A stretch of 64,000 nt of DNA from Camelus ferus (Eukaryota), in contig NC_045697.1 in assembly GCF_009834535.1 (NCBI RefSeq), positions 80,726,001-80,790,000 of the forward strand, in the 5' to 3' direction. The notes beneath the pieces were generated by a model. That model saw only the letters and a list, made by a program, of their open reading frames with translations, was not told the origin of the DNA and did not search any database. This document shows, one piece after another, positions 26,590-38,900 of the stretch; position 1 is the first letter of the stretch; the number at the start of each line of letters is the position of its first letter. Made by a program: the position numbers and the translations under genes.

Positions 26590-27630
26590 CAAAAGTTCAT
26601 CCTTGACATTCCCCTCTTACTTCTATATCATCTGCTGTGTTGATATTTACCTCCTATACATCTGTCCTATTAGTACACTCTTTTTCATCTCTACTACCAA
26701 CACCCTAGTCCAAGTGTTTTAGTGTGCTTGGGCTGCCAAAATTAAATACCATAGACTGAGTGTCTTAAACAACAGAAATTTATTTTCTCACAGTTTTGGA
26801 GGCTGAAAAGTTCAATAGCAAGGTTTCAAGAGAGTTTGATTTCCTTGGCACTCTCTTCCTGGCCCTCAGACAGCCACCTTCTCACTGTGTCTTTGCATGG
26901 CAGAAGGAGATAGATATTTGTATCTCTTCCACTTTTATAAGGGCACTGGTTCTGCTGGATCAAAGATCCACTCTTATGACCTCATTTAACCTTAGTCACC
27001 TCCTTCAGGGCTTTATTTTCAATATAGTCACATGGGGGCTTTACTGTATCAACATATAAATTTGGGAGGAATATAATTCAATCTATATAGCACCAAGCTG
27101 TCATTATTTCTTGCCTGAGCTACTAAATTAACTTTCTAATTTATCTGCCCATATCTCCTTTTGTCCCCATCCAAATTGCTGTCATTATAGCTGCAATCAT
27201 TTTAGAATGCATATCACTTTTCCGTTGATGATAACTAAATGGCTTTCCATTAGTTTTCAAATAAAAACAGTGATTAAAATTTTGCCTAAAATGCCCTGTA
27301 TGTTTTTGTCCATGCATACTGCTCCAGCTCTGTCTCCACCATCCTCTTATGTGCTCTGTCTTTAGCCATGCTGGACTTAAACATCCACAGTCCTTCCCAC
27401 CAAGTGGCCTTCGGACATGTTTTTTTCTCTATAGGGAATGCTCTGCCTCCCACAGCTTACTTGTCTAATGAAGTCTATTTCTTCAGATCTTGGAAAGAAT
27501 TACTGCGTCTTAATTAAGCCAAAACTCCTGAGTGACGAGACCATGCCCATTTTGTTTGTGTCTGTTCTTAGTGTCTATTAGAATGGCTGATGCATAGGTG
27601 GTGCTTAATAAAGTCTTTGAATACATTAAT
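26590..27630 (+). mobile_element. L2 LINE 3' part, split by MLT1A-like LTR
   Basis: CACCCTAGTCCAAG|...|CTGTCATTATTTCTTGCCTGAGCTACT rejoins a standard L2 motif; 3' end GGTGCTTAATAAA. Confidence 0.75.
26715..27092 (-). mobile_element. Solo MaLR LTR (MLT1A/B-like) with perfect 5-bp TSD
   Basis: TG...CA termini; GGGCTGCC..AAATACCATAGACTGAGTGTCTTAAACAACAGAAATTTATTTTCTCACAGTT; CCAAG at 26710-26714 and 27093-27097. Confidence 0.9.
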
Positions 27631-27719
27631 AATTCATGACAGTATAGATCTCAGAGAATTTGTTTTAAAAGACTGCATAGCCACATAAAGCCATATCACT
27701 CTCTCCAAGTTTCAAGATG

Positions 27720-28000
27720 GAATTTCCCAAACTATCATTTATTAAATACTAATGTCCTATTAGATATTAATGTGTGACAAAGTAGAATTTTGGATTTCTA
27801 GAAATGCTGGGTTAAATGAGATTTTTTTTTTTTTTACCACAAGATTCTAGATTCTTTAATAGCTTACTGTATAAGATGAATCTTCTGGAGGAGATCATCC
27901 TATTTAACATAACCTCTTGATCTCAAAGTTGTCCTTACAGAACATCCCTTACCATCATGAGTGAGACACGTGTTCCAAATGCATACTTTGGCACACAGGC
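27720..28000. mobile_element. MER103C-like hAT-Charlie MITE
   Basis: TTTCCCAAACT...AAATGCTGGGTTAAA...CTTTAATA...GTGTTCC...TACTTTGG: recalled palindromic MER103 layout. Confidence 0.6.
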
Positions 28001-28264
28001 TTAGGGAATTTGGCTATACCTACGCTAAGGTAATTAAAAGAAATGGCAATTGATAGATTCAGAATCATTCATCATTGTCCATTTGTATTAAAAATTCCTT
28101 CTCTGAGATCCTTTATTAAACAAGGTAGTTATTGTTCTCTCCTTTTATTGGCTTCTAAATTTGAAAATAAATTATACAGCCTGTAGAATACCTTTACACT
28201 ATTTTTATTTTGAAACAAATAGAATGGTAATAGAAGCCAGGATGTTGTCATTTCTTCCAGATAC

Positions 28265-28800
28265 ATTCATTTAGCAAATATTAATTAAGAATTGTTTGCT
28301 TACAAGGCTTGGCACTGTGGGAGATACTTATTTTTATTAGGTGTGGCCTCTATACACAGGAAGTGTGTAATAGACAAGAAGGTTTAACCATGCATGCAGT
28401 AATTGCAGCACAATAAGCGCAAAATAAGTACCATATTAGTGGAACAAAATGCCATAGGAATTCATTAGAAAAACAGATAATTTTTTCCTTTGAGACACAA
28501 GCAAAGAATACCTAATAAAGATATAATTATAATGAGTGAAGTGAGAGTTTCGGCTTAATAGTCTTAACAATAATGTCTTCAGTAAACAAGAAGGCAAGGC
28601 TACCTGAAGATCTAGAGTGTGTAGGAAAGTTAGGCAAGAGAATTTGAGAAGATGCGAGATTTGAAATTTGAGTTGTAAGGGGTGGACTAATTTATCATCT
28701 AGGGGTGAAGAATCAGATTGTCAAGTAACTTTGAGATCACAATTGAAAATAGTCAGCATGAATTTACAATAGGTCAGTCAGCATGATTCTATGATTAACA
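28265..28800 (-). mobile_element. L2 fragment
   Basis: ATTCATTTAGCAAATATT...GGCACTGTGGGAGATAC antisense L2 tail. Confidence 0.55.
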
Positions 28801-28926
28801 AAGTCAAATGAGAGAAATACTCTTCTTAACTATCTGTGGCAGACAGTGTGGGAAAATTTAACTCTATTTGAGCAAAAAGTCTATTTTGAAGTATAATAGG
28901 CTATTAATCTTCACTGCTAATTCCTC

Positions 28927-28939
28927 AGGTCATTGAACT
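28927..28939. promoter_or_regulatory. IR1 nuclear-receptor element (FXR/RXR-type consensus)
   Basis: AGGTCA-T-TGAACT matches RGKTCAnTGAMCY; motif only, no functional evidence. Confidence 0.3.
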
Positions 28940-30869
28940 TTTACAGAGAGCCTGACATCACTCTTGAAGAACCATGCACTTCAATTTATGTTTCTGCCTT
29001 CAGGGTGTTGAAATATAAAATAATAGAGGACTCAGACTTTATCTCATGCTCCAGGTGCTGTTGGTTATCTGTAAATATTATACAATGAGAGAGGGTAATG
29101 TCCTGTACAGTTGTATTTCACTCAGAATACAGTGTTACATTCCAAGTGGTTACACATGATTTATAATTGTCGGTGAGACAGTTCTGCCAGGCAAATTGTG
29201 TTGTGGCTTATTTTCACTTATCACATTCAATAAATCACTTTAAAAACAGGCCATAGCATACATGAAGCACTGCAAAACAGCAATTAAAAATTCATTTGCC
29301 TTAATATCGTGTTATGGAGAGCTTCAAGTTATTGGGTAAATTAAATGAATTTTCTTCTGTAAAGATTAAGTATACACCCCCAATATTTTTTGTCCTGTTT
29401 CCACAAAAGGAATAATGGAGTGGGATTATAGTGCATTATTTTATACTTTTATACTCTCAATCCTTTTGGGTATTTCCAACTCTGTCACCACATAAGCTCT
29501 GAGTGCACAGTGTAACTCCACAATGTCCTCAAAAATGAGTCTTCAGTAAGAAATTTCACATGTTCTTAGTACTGCAGTTTGTAATTTCTCTTCCATTCAC
29601 CTTCGTGTATAAGTCAATGGAAACAGAAGGAAGAAAATCTTAAGAGGGAAAGAAAGAATGTTTTTGTTCCTACATCTTGACCTAAGCAAATAAACTATGC
29701 CCTGTGTGAAGGTGATCATTACCTATGAGGATTAAGTCCATTTTCTCTTATTTCTCTTACTTGTGTACAAAAGTCAAGAAATAGTTCTTTGATCTAATAG
29801 CCTCCAAGTACGTGGACTGGTGGATGGATTCCTGACCCTATTCAGTGCATGGATGGCCATTGCATTGTGATGCATAGAACAGGGAGGGCAGCACTGTAAA
29901 CACACTAAGCCCTAGACTCAGTTTTCAGGGGTGTGGCAGCTGCTGTTGAGTCATCTGATTCTGATGACACCCTGAGACCCAATGCTGCTTCTCAATCTCT
30001 CCATAGACAGAAAACTTGGTGTCTCACACAGTCAAGCCATGGTCTTAGAAAGAGATGGTCCAGACCAAGAGATTATCAAATTAGCAGATAGGAATAAATG
30101 TGTTCAAAACCTACAACATCCAGACTCTTCTTTTTCTTCTTTCCCAATTCAACCTTCATGACAATTCCCTCTACATGTTCTCTAGATTCCAGCTCTGTGT
30201 ATCTCTTCAAATATCTTGGCTAACCTGAGTGTCCTCTTTCAGTCCTGAAATACCAGTATTACCTCTCCACTGAATTATTCTTTTCAACACACCAGTGTGG
30301 TCTAGTATCTCCCATATTTAAAAAAAAAAATCCTGGCCACACATATTTTTGTGCTACCAATACTGTTTACTTCCTTATGATGTAGCCAGACTTTTGTCTA
30401 TAATCTGGTGCTTTCAAGGTCACATAGTAGAGACATATTTCTTATTTTTTGGGTTGCCTTGGTTCATGGTCCTAGTTGCCCTGTCTGTTCCCTTTCTAGG
30501 TGACTTGCCAAAGAGTTGGCTCCACAGCACTGGGTAAGCCCATCAAAAGAACACAAGGTCTCTACATCTCATAAGTGACATTAGTATGTGACCTCTCCTA
30601 AGTTACTGTCTTACAAGGCCATATCCACAGCCAGGAAGCTTCCATTATTACGTGGTTGGCTCCAGTTCCTTGACTTTTCTTAACTGTCCAATAAATATAT
30701 GTACCACAGAGAGAGAGAGAGTCCTTCTCATACAGCACTTTCCATGTTTTGTCCATCTGGCCCATTGTATGATGAATAGAAAGGTAACTTGTGCATCCTA
30801 CTGACTCTATTGCCTCTACACTTTCCCTAATAAATACTTCCTAGAGACTAGTATATGTGTATCTGTGTC

Positions 30870-31400
30870 TTTTGCATAACAGTCCCCAGTGACCTCCATG
30901 CTCAGCTCTAATGGACGCTCTCCTGTCTTCATTTTATTCAAGCTCTCAGTAGCATTCAGCATGTGAACCATTCCATCTTTATTTTTCCCTTCCCTAGTTT
31001 CCACGACTCTATACCAGCAGGTCTCAAACTTGAGAGTGAATCAGAATCACCAAAAACACAGATGGCTTCCCACCCCAGCCCCTGGAGTTTCTGTTTGTAG
31101 TTCTGTATCTGTAGGTTTGAGGTGGGGCCTGAGAATTTGCATCTCTAACGTGTTCCTAGGTGATGCTGATGCTTTTGTTCTGGGGGCCACACTTTGAAAA
31201 TGACCACTATATGCTCTCATGGAAACTTCATTTGTCTTTATACAAGGTCCTCATTTAATTATGCCATCATTGTGGACACTTCTCATCATCTTCTTTGCCA
31301 GATTAGCCTCCTTCAAATGACCTCTAATTTCTCCTCACAGTTCAGTCCCATCCTTCAGTCTTCATCCTATCCTAGATAGCTTTACCATTTAAAAAACAAT
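30870..31400 (+). mobile_element. L2 internal fragment containing a MER5A insertion
   Basis: CCCCAGTGACCTCCATGC...CTCTCAGTAGCATTCAGCA...TCCCTAGTTTCCACGAC. Confidence 0.65.
31015..31209. mobile_element. MER5A hAT-Charlie MITE
   Basis: TCTCAAACTT...ATCAGAATCACC...GGTGGGGCCTGAGAATTTGCATCTCTAAC...AGGTGATGCTGATGCT...CCACACTTTGA..ACCACT. Confidence 0.9.
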
Positions 31401-32157
31401 TCTCTAGCCTGCACATTTTGAATAAAGTTGTCTAGTCTTTAAGCCTCAGTCATCACATGGTGTTGTGGTGAGGATTAGGTTGTAAATTTCAATTTGGCCC
31501 AGACAGAAATAGTGCCATGATAATTAATAAAGTAGGAACACTAACTGATACTAATTATGGTAATCAATCATAGAGTATATACTCCTTTAAAGTAGGTCTT
31601 TTAAAGATAAATTCAGAACCTAAAATATTTTCAGAAACATTACATTTTATATAGATAATCCTATAAATTACATCTCCATGGCTTTAATTATTTTGGCATT
31701 CCTTGTTTTAAATCTGTAGCATCATTCATAATTTATTAATCTTCTGACTAGATGAACTATTTTAAGTTCTGTTTTCAATCATTCCCTGAGCAAATTTATA
31801 TAAGACAGGCATTCTGTCAAGTTTTATAATTATTTATTACATAATTTTCTTCAGTGCTGGAATTTTATTGGTGATATGCCCAAAGAAAAGCCGTTACTTA
31901 ACAAAATGAAGATGTAGTTATTCAAACAAACGGCTTTTTGACAGCATAATTCTTTCATGTTGGACAGAAACACTCATCACCTTTTTGTGTAAGGAAAGCA
32001 CTATTTATTTCTAGAAACCCATTCTAATTGCATTATTTCTTGAAGTTATATAATCATACTTTTCACGTTGAAAGAAATCTGACATGTCCACCCAGCCCAC
32101 CTCATTGCATACAAGCAGGAGGACTGTAAATCATCTTAAGAATTCTTCATTCTTTCA

Positions 32158-32211
32158 CCATGTCTATCTTTATTTAAAAGTAATTAATTAATTAATTCCA
32201 TGTCTATCTTT
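32158..32211. repeat. 14-bp direct repeat flanking a 26-bp AT-rich insert
   Basis: CCATGTCTATCTTT at 32158-32171 and 32198-32211. Confidence 0.9.
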
Positions 32212-32266
32212 CCTCAGGATCTTTGGGAGATTTTCATGATTTACTTAATTTTGGTTACTAAAAGGC

Positions 32267-32296
32267 TCTGTTTATGATGTATCTGTTTATGATGTA
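32267..32296. repeat. Perfect 15-bp tandem duplication
   Basis: TCTGTTTATGATGTA x2. Confidence 0.9.
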
Positions 32297-32479
32297 ATTG
32301 TATACAGTGGGCAAGTTCCTCAAAATCATTTGTAAATTGATTCATTTGAAAAATATAAAGCGAAGCTTAATATTTATATGAGGTTTACTTTTCAATAGAA
32401 TTATTCACAAATAATTTACCTTGTTGAAAGATTATTTTTCATATCTATATTTCTGGAAAATTCTGGGCAGGTATATTCT

Positions 32480-32640
32480 GTATTGTGTGGCTACTAGAGT
32501 TTAACTCTCTGGTTAGATTCCTAATTGACCTGTGATGAACATTTATTTGATATAAGTGGAAAATAAACATTTTTGTTTTAAACTACTGATATTTTGGGAA
32601 CTGTTAGTTATCACAGCATGATTTAGTCTAGCCTAACTGT
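32480..32640 (+). mobile_element. Old MLT1 LTR 3' end fragment
   Basis: AAATAAACATTTTTGTTTTAAAACTACTGATATTTTGGG...TTATCACAGCA...GCCTAACTG. Confidence 0.55.
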
Positions 32641-32769
32641 GTCAATAAGCATATTTGGGAGATTTTATTGTGGACCCTTTTGTATAAGTTTTTAATTTCT
32701 CTGAATTAAAAACTCCTCAATTTGCTGATAGTCAACAAAATAATATCAAAGATGACAGGAGGCACGTGA

Positions 32770-33167
32770 TTATCTTCCATGAGATTGAAATATCCATCTT
32801 GCTAAGAGACTTTCTCCTTTGTTGGCTTTGCATCAACAAGTTGCCGTGTTGTAAGATGCCATATGAAAAGGACCAGACAGCAGGGAACTAAGGACAGCCT
32901 TAGGCTGACAGCCAGCAAAAAAACTGAGGCCCTTAGTCTGGTAGCCTATAGGAACTAGAAGCTGCCAATAATTTTATGAGCTTGAAAGTAGATCCTTTCC
33001 TAGGTGACGCCAGATGAGAACCCAGACCTATCTGACAATTTTTAAGGGACTCAGCTAAACCATGCCTGGATTCAGGACCCACAGATACTGTGAAATAATC
33101 CATGTGTATCGTTTTTAGCTGCAAAGTGCATGGTCACATTGTTATGTAGAAATACATAGCTAATACA
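32770..33167 (+). mobile_element. MaLR LTR (MLT1E/F-like)
   Basis: GCTGACAGCCAGCAAAAAAACTGAGGCCCTTAGTC...GACCCACAGATACTGTGAAATAAT...TAGCTAATACA. Confidence 0.85.
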
Positions 33168-34789
33168 GTTGAGAATCTAGGTTTGTGATGTATTTCTAAT
33201 TCAACAACAAAGAGCGATTTCCCTGGGTTTGTTGCAGTGACTTCCAATAATAATAAACTTAATGGAGGCAGTTATAAGATGAAATATTCTGAAAGTTCAG
33301 TTCAATTTCCATAGCTTTGTGAGCCTTATTCAGCATTTACTGTCATAAATGATGTAGATTAGATGTTTTGATCTTTTCATTAATTAATATTCATTGAAGA
33401 ATACTTTGGACTATTTCATGATTTCTGTGCAGAACCCTTATATGGCTATGAGTACTTTACGAAATGTGCACTTTTCTGTATGTATATTGTTCTTCAATGA
33501 AATGTGGAAAAGTATAGTCATATTGGTTTGAGGTAAAATCATATACTCTGTATAATTATTTTTACTAAGATCTAGAGTGAATATAAAATAAATAGAACCA
33601 ATAAGGCAATTTTAACATCATGGTTGATAATTTTACTCTAGGATTGGTAAAGGCTGGCATCTTTGGGAAGTAAAGCAACATCAGAAGGCAGTAAGTTAAA
33701 ATTATAGATGTGATAGATCAGTAAATGGACGATAGATAAATTGTTCTAAAATTGTGTATGTTTTCCCCTCATTTTCTGTTCTGGCAGGAGAGCTACAGAT
33801 GTTTGATTTCACAGGCCTTCTAATTAATTGTATCTTCAAGTTCATACTCATTGTCCGAGTCTAGTCTCTTAGTTTCTTTAGTTGTCATTTTAATCTCACC
33901 AAGGTACTTAAAAAGATATCCTCACTATTACTCTCCATAATCCTGTGCATATGAGTAATTGCTCACTGGTTAATTTTATTATATAATCTCCTTTCATTCA
34001 CCTAGCTTTCCAAATGTGGAATGCTGCTAAAGAATCACTGAATCACTTTTTATTGCAGAAATTGGATCATGATTTCATGTTTAGTAAAAGGCCTGTTGCT
34101 CTGCTCAATCTGATGTATGGTTCAATATATCTTCCCACAGTTCACAGCAAAAGACTAACTGCGTAATGTATTATTGTGGGATGCTGAAAAAAATGCACAT
34201 GAATCTACACCAATAAATCACTGGTCTAAAGTCTTTATCTCCAGATCTGTGAGGCATATGATCAATCTCAGCTGAACCGTAGAACAGTTACTGTGTCATT
34301 GTCCTTGGTGAAAGTAATTGATGACACTGTTGGCAGGTTTGTGGCAGGGAAAGAGCTGTATAATTTTCAAGCCTTTGAATTCATGGCTGTGGAGAACAGT
34401 GGAATGGAGTAATCTACCAAGATTAGTGAGTTCTGTGTTAAAGGTGGAGAACATGCAGCAGGTTACTTGGATCCTCAGATATGCTCTCTGTGTATTTTTG
34501 CTCCTAAGCCTTTACTGGTTCTTCCCCTCAACCCCACATTTATCCCTATAATATATGGAGAGATTAAAAATCACTGCTTACCTGTCCTTTAAGGTACAAA
34601 TTATGTTCCAACTTCTTCATATACTTTCTTGGACTTCATTGTCTTCCCTTTATTACTATTTTAAACTACTCATCTCAAACATGTGACTTGGAATTTAATA
34701 ATTTCTGCTCATATACTGGTCTCATTTTTTTCAGTGATTTAATCTTAAGATAATTTATAGTTTTAAATGGGATAAACTTTGTATGTACT

Positions 34790-35030
34790 TAATCATTCAT
34801 TCTTATTTAAAATATATTTATTGAGTGCTTTAGTATGCACCAGGACAGATTGATTGATTGATTGATTTTTTTTTCTCCCTTTCTTTCCTCTTCTGGTAAT
34901 ATATACTAGAATTCCTGACTGCTTACTATATGTGTGAAGCACAATGAGAAGTATATACAGAAAAGTAGATGTATTGGCCGTACCTACCTAAGGAGTTCTT
35001 GTATAAGAAAGGAGGCTACATCAGATTTCA
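34790..35030 (-). mobile_element. L2 tail fragment containing (GATT)5
   Basis: ATTCATTC...ATATTTATTGAGTGCTT..TATGCACCAGG; (GATT)5 at 34848-34867. Confidence 0.6.
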
Positions 35031-35649
35031 TTTTCACAAGCATCCCTAGGATCCCTGGGAGAAATGGTGAAGAGGATTATGAGACTGAAAACAGGTTTTC
35101 AACTGTACATCAGATGTCCTGCAGTGGTCAGGGGAGCACAGAGGTGCTCTGCTTTTTGTATTTACTAGGGAGAGGTAGAGCTCTGGGAACTTAGGGGACT
35201 ATTAAATTAGGGAAAAAGAAAATCCAAATACACATGCCCAGTGATGGAGTGGATAGAACAGTATGGTATCACTTATGTGGATTCTAGCCCAGAGTGTGAA
35301 AAAAAAAAGCTATATATTTCTCAATAGGAAAGACTTTAAAACTGAAAAAATAATTCAACCTGTTGAGGAGTAGGTTATCCATGTTCTCTTGTAAAGAGTA
35401 GGTTTGCCTAGCTTGAAGACCTAAAAACACTTGAAGGATAATTGCTTCTCCAAAGTCATGGGAGTGCAGTGTCCATGGCAGAAGAAGCCTTGAGAGAACT
35501 GAGCACCAAGAATGCTCAGAAGAATGGAGAACTAGTGATAGCATCAGTGAAGGAGCATGGGCTTAGGGTCAGTACCACTGAAAATTCTCCCAAGAATAGA
35601 CCCATGTACTTAGACTCCCTAGAAATGACATGAATAAAAGAAACAGATG

Positions 35650-35835
35650 GCTAGCATTTTGGGATACCTGCTCTCTGACAAGCATTTGTTAAGCTCTTTG
35701 CATGTTTTATGTTACTTTTCTTAAAAAGCATCTGACATAGGCACTATCTCTATTTTACAGAGACCGAATCCGAGGCCACACAGCATTACCCAAGGCCACG
35801 CAGTCTTTAGGAAAAAGTCAGGATCCCTGCTCTAG
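35650..35835 (-). mobile_element. MIR SINE
   Basis: TATTTTACAGAGACCGAATCCGAGGC...ACCCAAGGCCACGCAG antisense MIR core. Confidence 0.65.
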
Positions 35836-37446
35836 TCTAGTACACTGGGGAATCCAGCATCAGGTTCTTGCCTACCTCTCTACCTTTATAGTCTTTTACC
35901 TCACATTATAAGCATCCTTAACACCACTCTAAAAGGATGTTTGCTATCTCCCTACATTTATTTGTGTTGTTTCTTGTTACAAGGACACCTACCCTGCCCC
36001 CAGGTCTTTCTTCACCTTGCTAAAACCATTGCAGTTACCTCCTGCATAAATCTTTACTGGCAGACAGTTAGCTGCCTCTGAGCTTATGTGACACCTATGA
36101 ATATTTCCAATACAGCCTTTATCCTCACTGAACTGGAGTTCCAAACTAAGCTGAGAGCAGAAACTCTGTTTTAATCTTCTATATGAAAAGGGCTTGACAT
36201 GAACTGGAGGGCTAAAATCAGGACTCATATCAATGGCTCTGTGATTCCAAAGTTTATTCCATATAAGATACACATATTCACAACAATTATTGCACAATAT
36301 ACTTAGTGAAAAGCGCCATCAATGAAGTTCAGATAAAATGCTGTAGGAATTCATAAGTGTAGAATTCTCTAGACTAGAAGGAATTTGATGTGACTCCTAG
36401 TAGCCTTCTTTTTCTGCAGCTAAGTATTTCTTAATCCAAATTGTAGAATTTCCTTGTCATTTCCACTCCCTGGACACAGAAAGAATTCATAGGAGCTAGC
36501 CAACACCTGTTTTTTAATTAAGTATGTTTTTTAAAATTAGTGGTGGAGTCAAAAGAATTCACATTTCCTTACACAAAATTTGTTCTTTGTTAACTAGAGG
36601 CACAAAAATAGTTTTATGTTTCTTAGTTACATTTTTATATTGATATTTTGACTAGCAAGTTCTACTCACAAAGATTCTGTTCATTAATAATTTGTCATAG
36701 TATTATTGACAAATGTATTTTGGCATTACACAATATTTAATAGTAGTGATTTCCTACGGGTGTTATTTTGATGCTACTGAAACTTCTGGGATTTGAAAAT
36801 ACTTTTTAGGGAGAAGAGATCAGAAGAACTATAAAATTTCATTAGCACTTAAGGGATGAATCCACTACTTTTTAAAAGAGGAAGTTAAAAATCTTTAAAT
36901 TATGTCAGGAATTCTTTGGGTTAAATACAAAGAAAGATTTCCTGACAGTAAAGTATGATATGCATGAGCAAAAAAAATGACAGACTGAAGCTTCAGAGCC
37001 ATGCTGTCATTAAATAAGCATGGAGATTCCTCTCTGCTGAGAATAGCTAAATTTAGGTAATATCTGCCAAGAAGTAGATGAGGTGAGGCAGAAGGAAAGG
37101 CATTAGCTAGGTGACTGCTAGAAGAACCTTTCAAGATTGTTGGAAGGGTTTGTGAATGTGCTAAATGAATGCAGTAAAGTAATAAGCTACAAATGTCAAA
37201 CAATTCTTTTTTACTTTATCCCCTGAGAAGCTTCAGGGATTGAAACAAAGAGTTACAGAAATTTAGCTCCTTCCTAGATATTTCCAACAGAGAAAAATAA
37301 TAACCAGTATTTTGTAGGAAAAGAAGTCAAAGGGAAAAGTTTAATATTATGTACATATCACTGACTGGGGTTATTATATGTAACAATTTATGAAAATCAG
37401 TCTTTATGTGAGTAAGTGTTTTAAATAAGAGATTTTTGTAAGTGTT

Positions 37447-38024
37447 TGTGGTAGGCCAGATAACAGCCCTCCGACGATGTCTACACCCTAATCCTCAGAA
37501 CCTGTAAATATGTTACCTTACATAACAAAAGGGATTTTTGCAGATGGAACTAAAGTTACTAATTAGCTGACCTTAAAAAGGAGAAATTACCCAGGGTTAC
37601 CCGGGTGGTTCCAGTGTAATCACATGAATTCTTAAATGAAAGAGGAAGACAGAGGACTCAGTGAGAAATGTGACCGGGAAAGAAGAAACAGGAGAGATCT
37701 GAAGCATGAGAGCAACTTGGCCTAGAGTTGCTGGCTTTGAAGACGGAAGGAGGCCATGAGTCAAGGAATTCAGGTGGCTCTAAACAGTCACCAGTGAAAG
37801 GAGGATGTCAATCCTATAATGAAAAAGAATTCTGCCAACAACCTGAATGAGCAAGGAAACAGATTCTCTCCAGAGAGTCCAGATAGGAATGCAACCCTGC
37901 CAGCACCTTGATGAGACCCCTTCAGATTGCTGACCGAAGAACTGTTAGGTCATGAATGGGAGGATTTTTGTTAATTGCTAAATTTATGGCAGTGGTGTGG
38001 GGCATCAATCGAAAAGCTAATACA
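37447..38024 (+). mobile_element. Solo MaLR LTR (MLT1D/E-like), near full length
   Basis: TGTGGTAGGC...CCCTAATCCTCAGAACCTGTAAATATGTTACCTTACAT...TTCTGCCAACAACCTGAATGAGC...GCTAATACA. Confidence 0.9.
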
Positions 38025-38760
38025 GCATGCAACCTATTATATAACAACATTAAAGTATTTATAATTCACGATGCACAATAAATGAACTCATAAAGAGTAT
38101 CATGAGTTTTCTGATTTATAAAAGATAGTTCAAAATATTAAGTGAAGGTATAAATTTCCCCACCATGCTCAGGAGAATGCAGCCTCTGAAGGATGACGGA
38201 GCCACAGAAATGGCATAAGTGCTGACAACCATCCTAAAGCCAGGAGACAGTTGTCTGCACTCAGCACCTGTATGGCCACACAGAGTCATCTGCGCTGATG
38301 ACTGACAGGATGCTAGGTGTCAGCAGAGGAGAATTCAAGAGGAGGGAACAATGATACCCTCCTGGAATGGTGCAGCATAATTTGAAATAGAGATTTGATA
38401 GACGCACCACTTATCAAATCAAAGTTGCACAGATACTTATTTCCCTTTCAGGCATATTTCTGATCTCCATGAGCTGCTGAGAGTATTTGGCAAGAAATGA
38501 CACCAGAGCTGCTTTTTCACACACTTTCCACTTAGACAGGCATCCTTTAACCCTAGTTTGGCTGCCTTAGAGCCTTCTTCATTTTGCGATGTCACTTCCC
38601 CCCCATCATGTCGTCTCCATTCTGACCCGTTCACTGGGAAGAACCAGGACAGTGGAAGACGGTGTGACACACTGGGGTGTGCCTGGTGCATACCTAAGCA
38701 CGTATTAGCTGGGAGATGTGCATTACTGTCTGGGCTTGCGCCTGCTCTCGGGGCACTTAC

Positions 38761-38900
38761 CAGGATGGCAAGTGCTGGATGTGCTTTCTGTGTTTTCGTG
38801 CCAATATAAATGCGGCATTTGCCATCTGGGACTGTGCTTTCTGTTTTTCATCCCTCAGACAGTTCTCCAAAGAGAAGCAGCAGCTGAAAAACACAGATAC
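38761..38900 (-). other. Candidate (first) exon with consensus 5' splice donor
   Basis: Minus strand CCTG|GTAAGT (intron from 38760). ATG 38851 gives MKNRKHSPRWQMPHLYWHENTESTSSTCHP (phase 1); ATG 38825 gives MANAAFILARKHRKHIQHLPS (phase 2). Lies in a repeat-free, CpG-retaining island. Confidence 0.35.
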
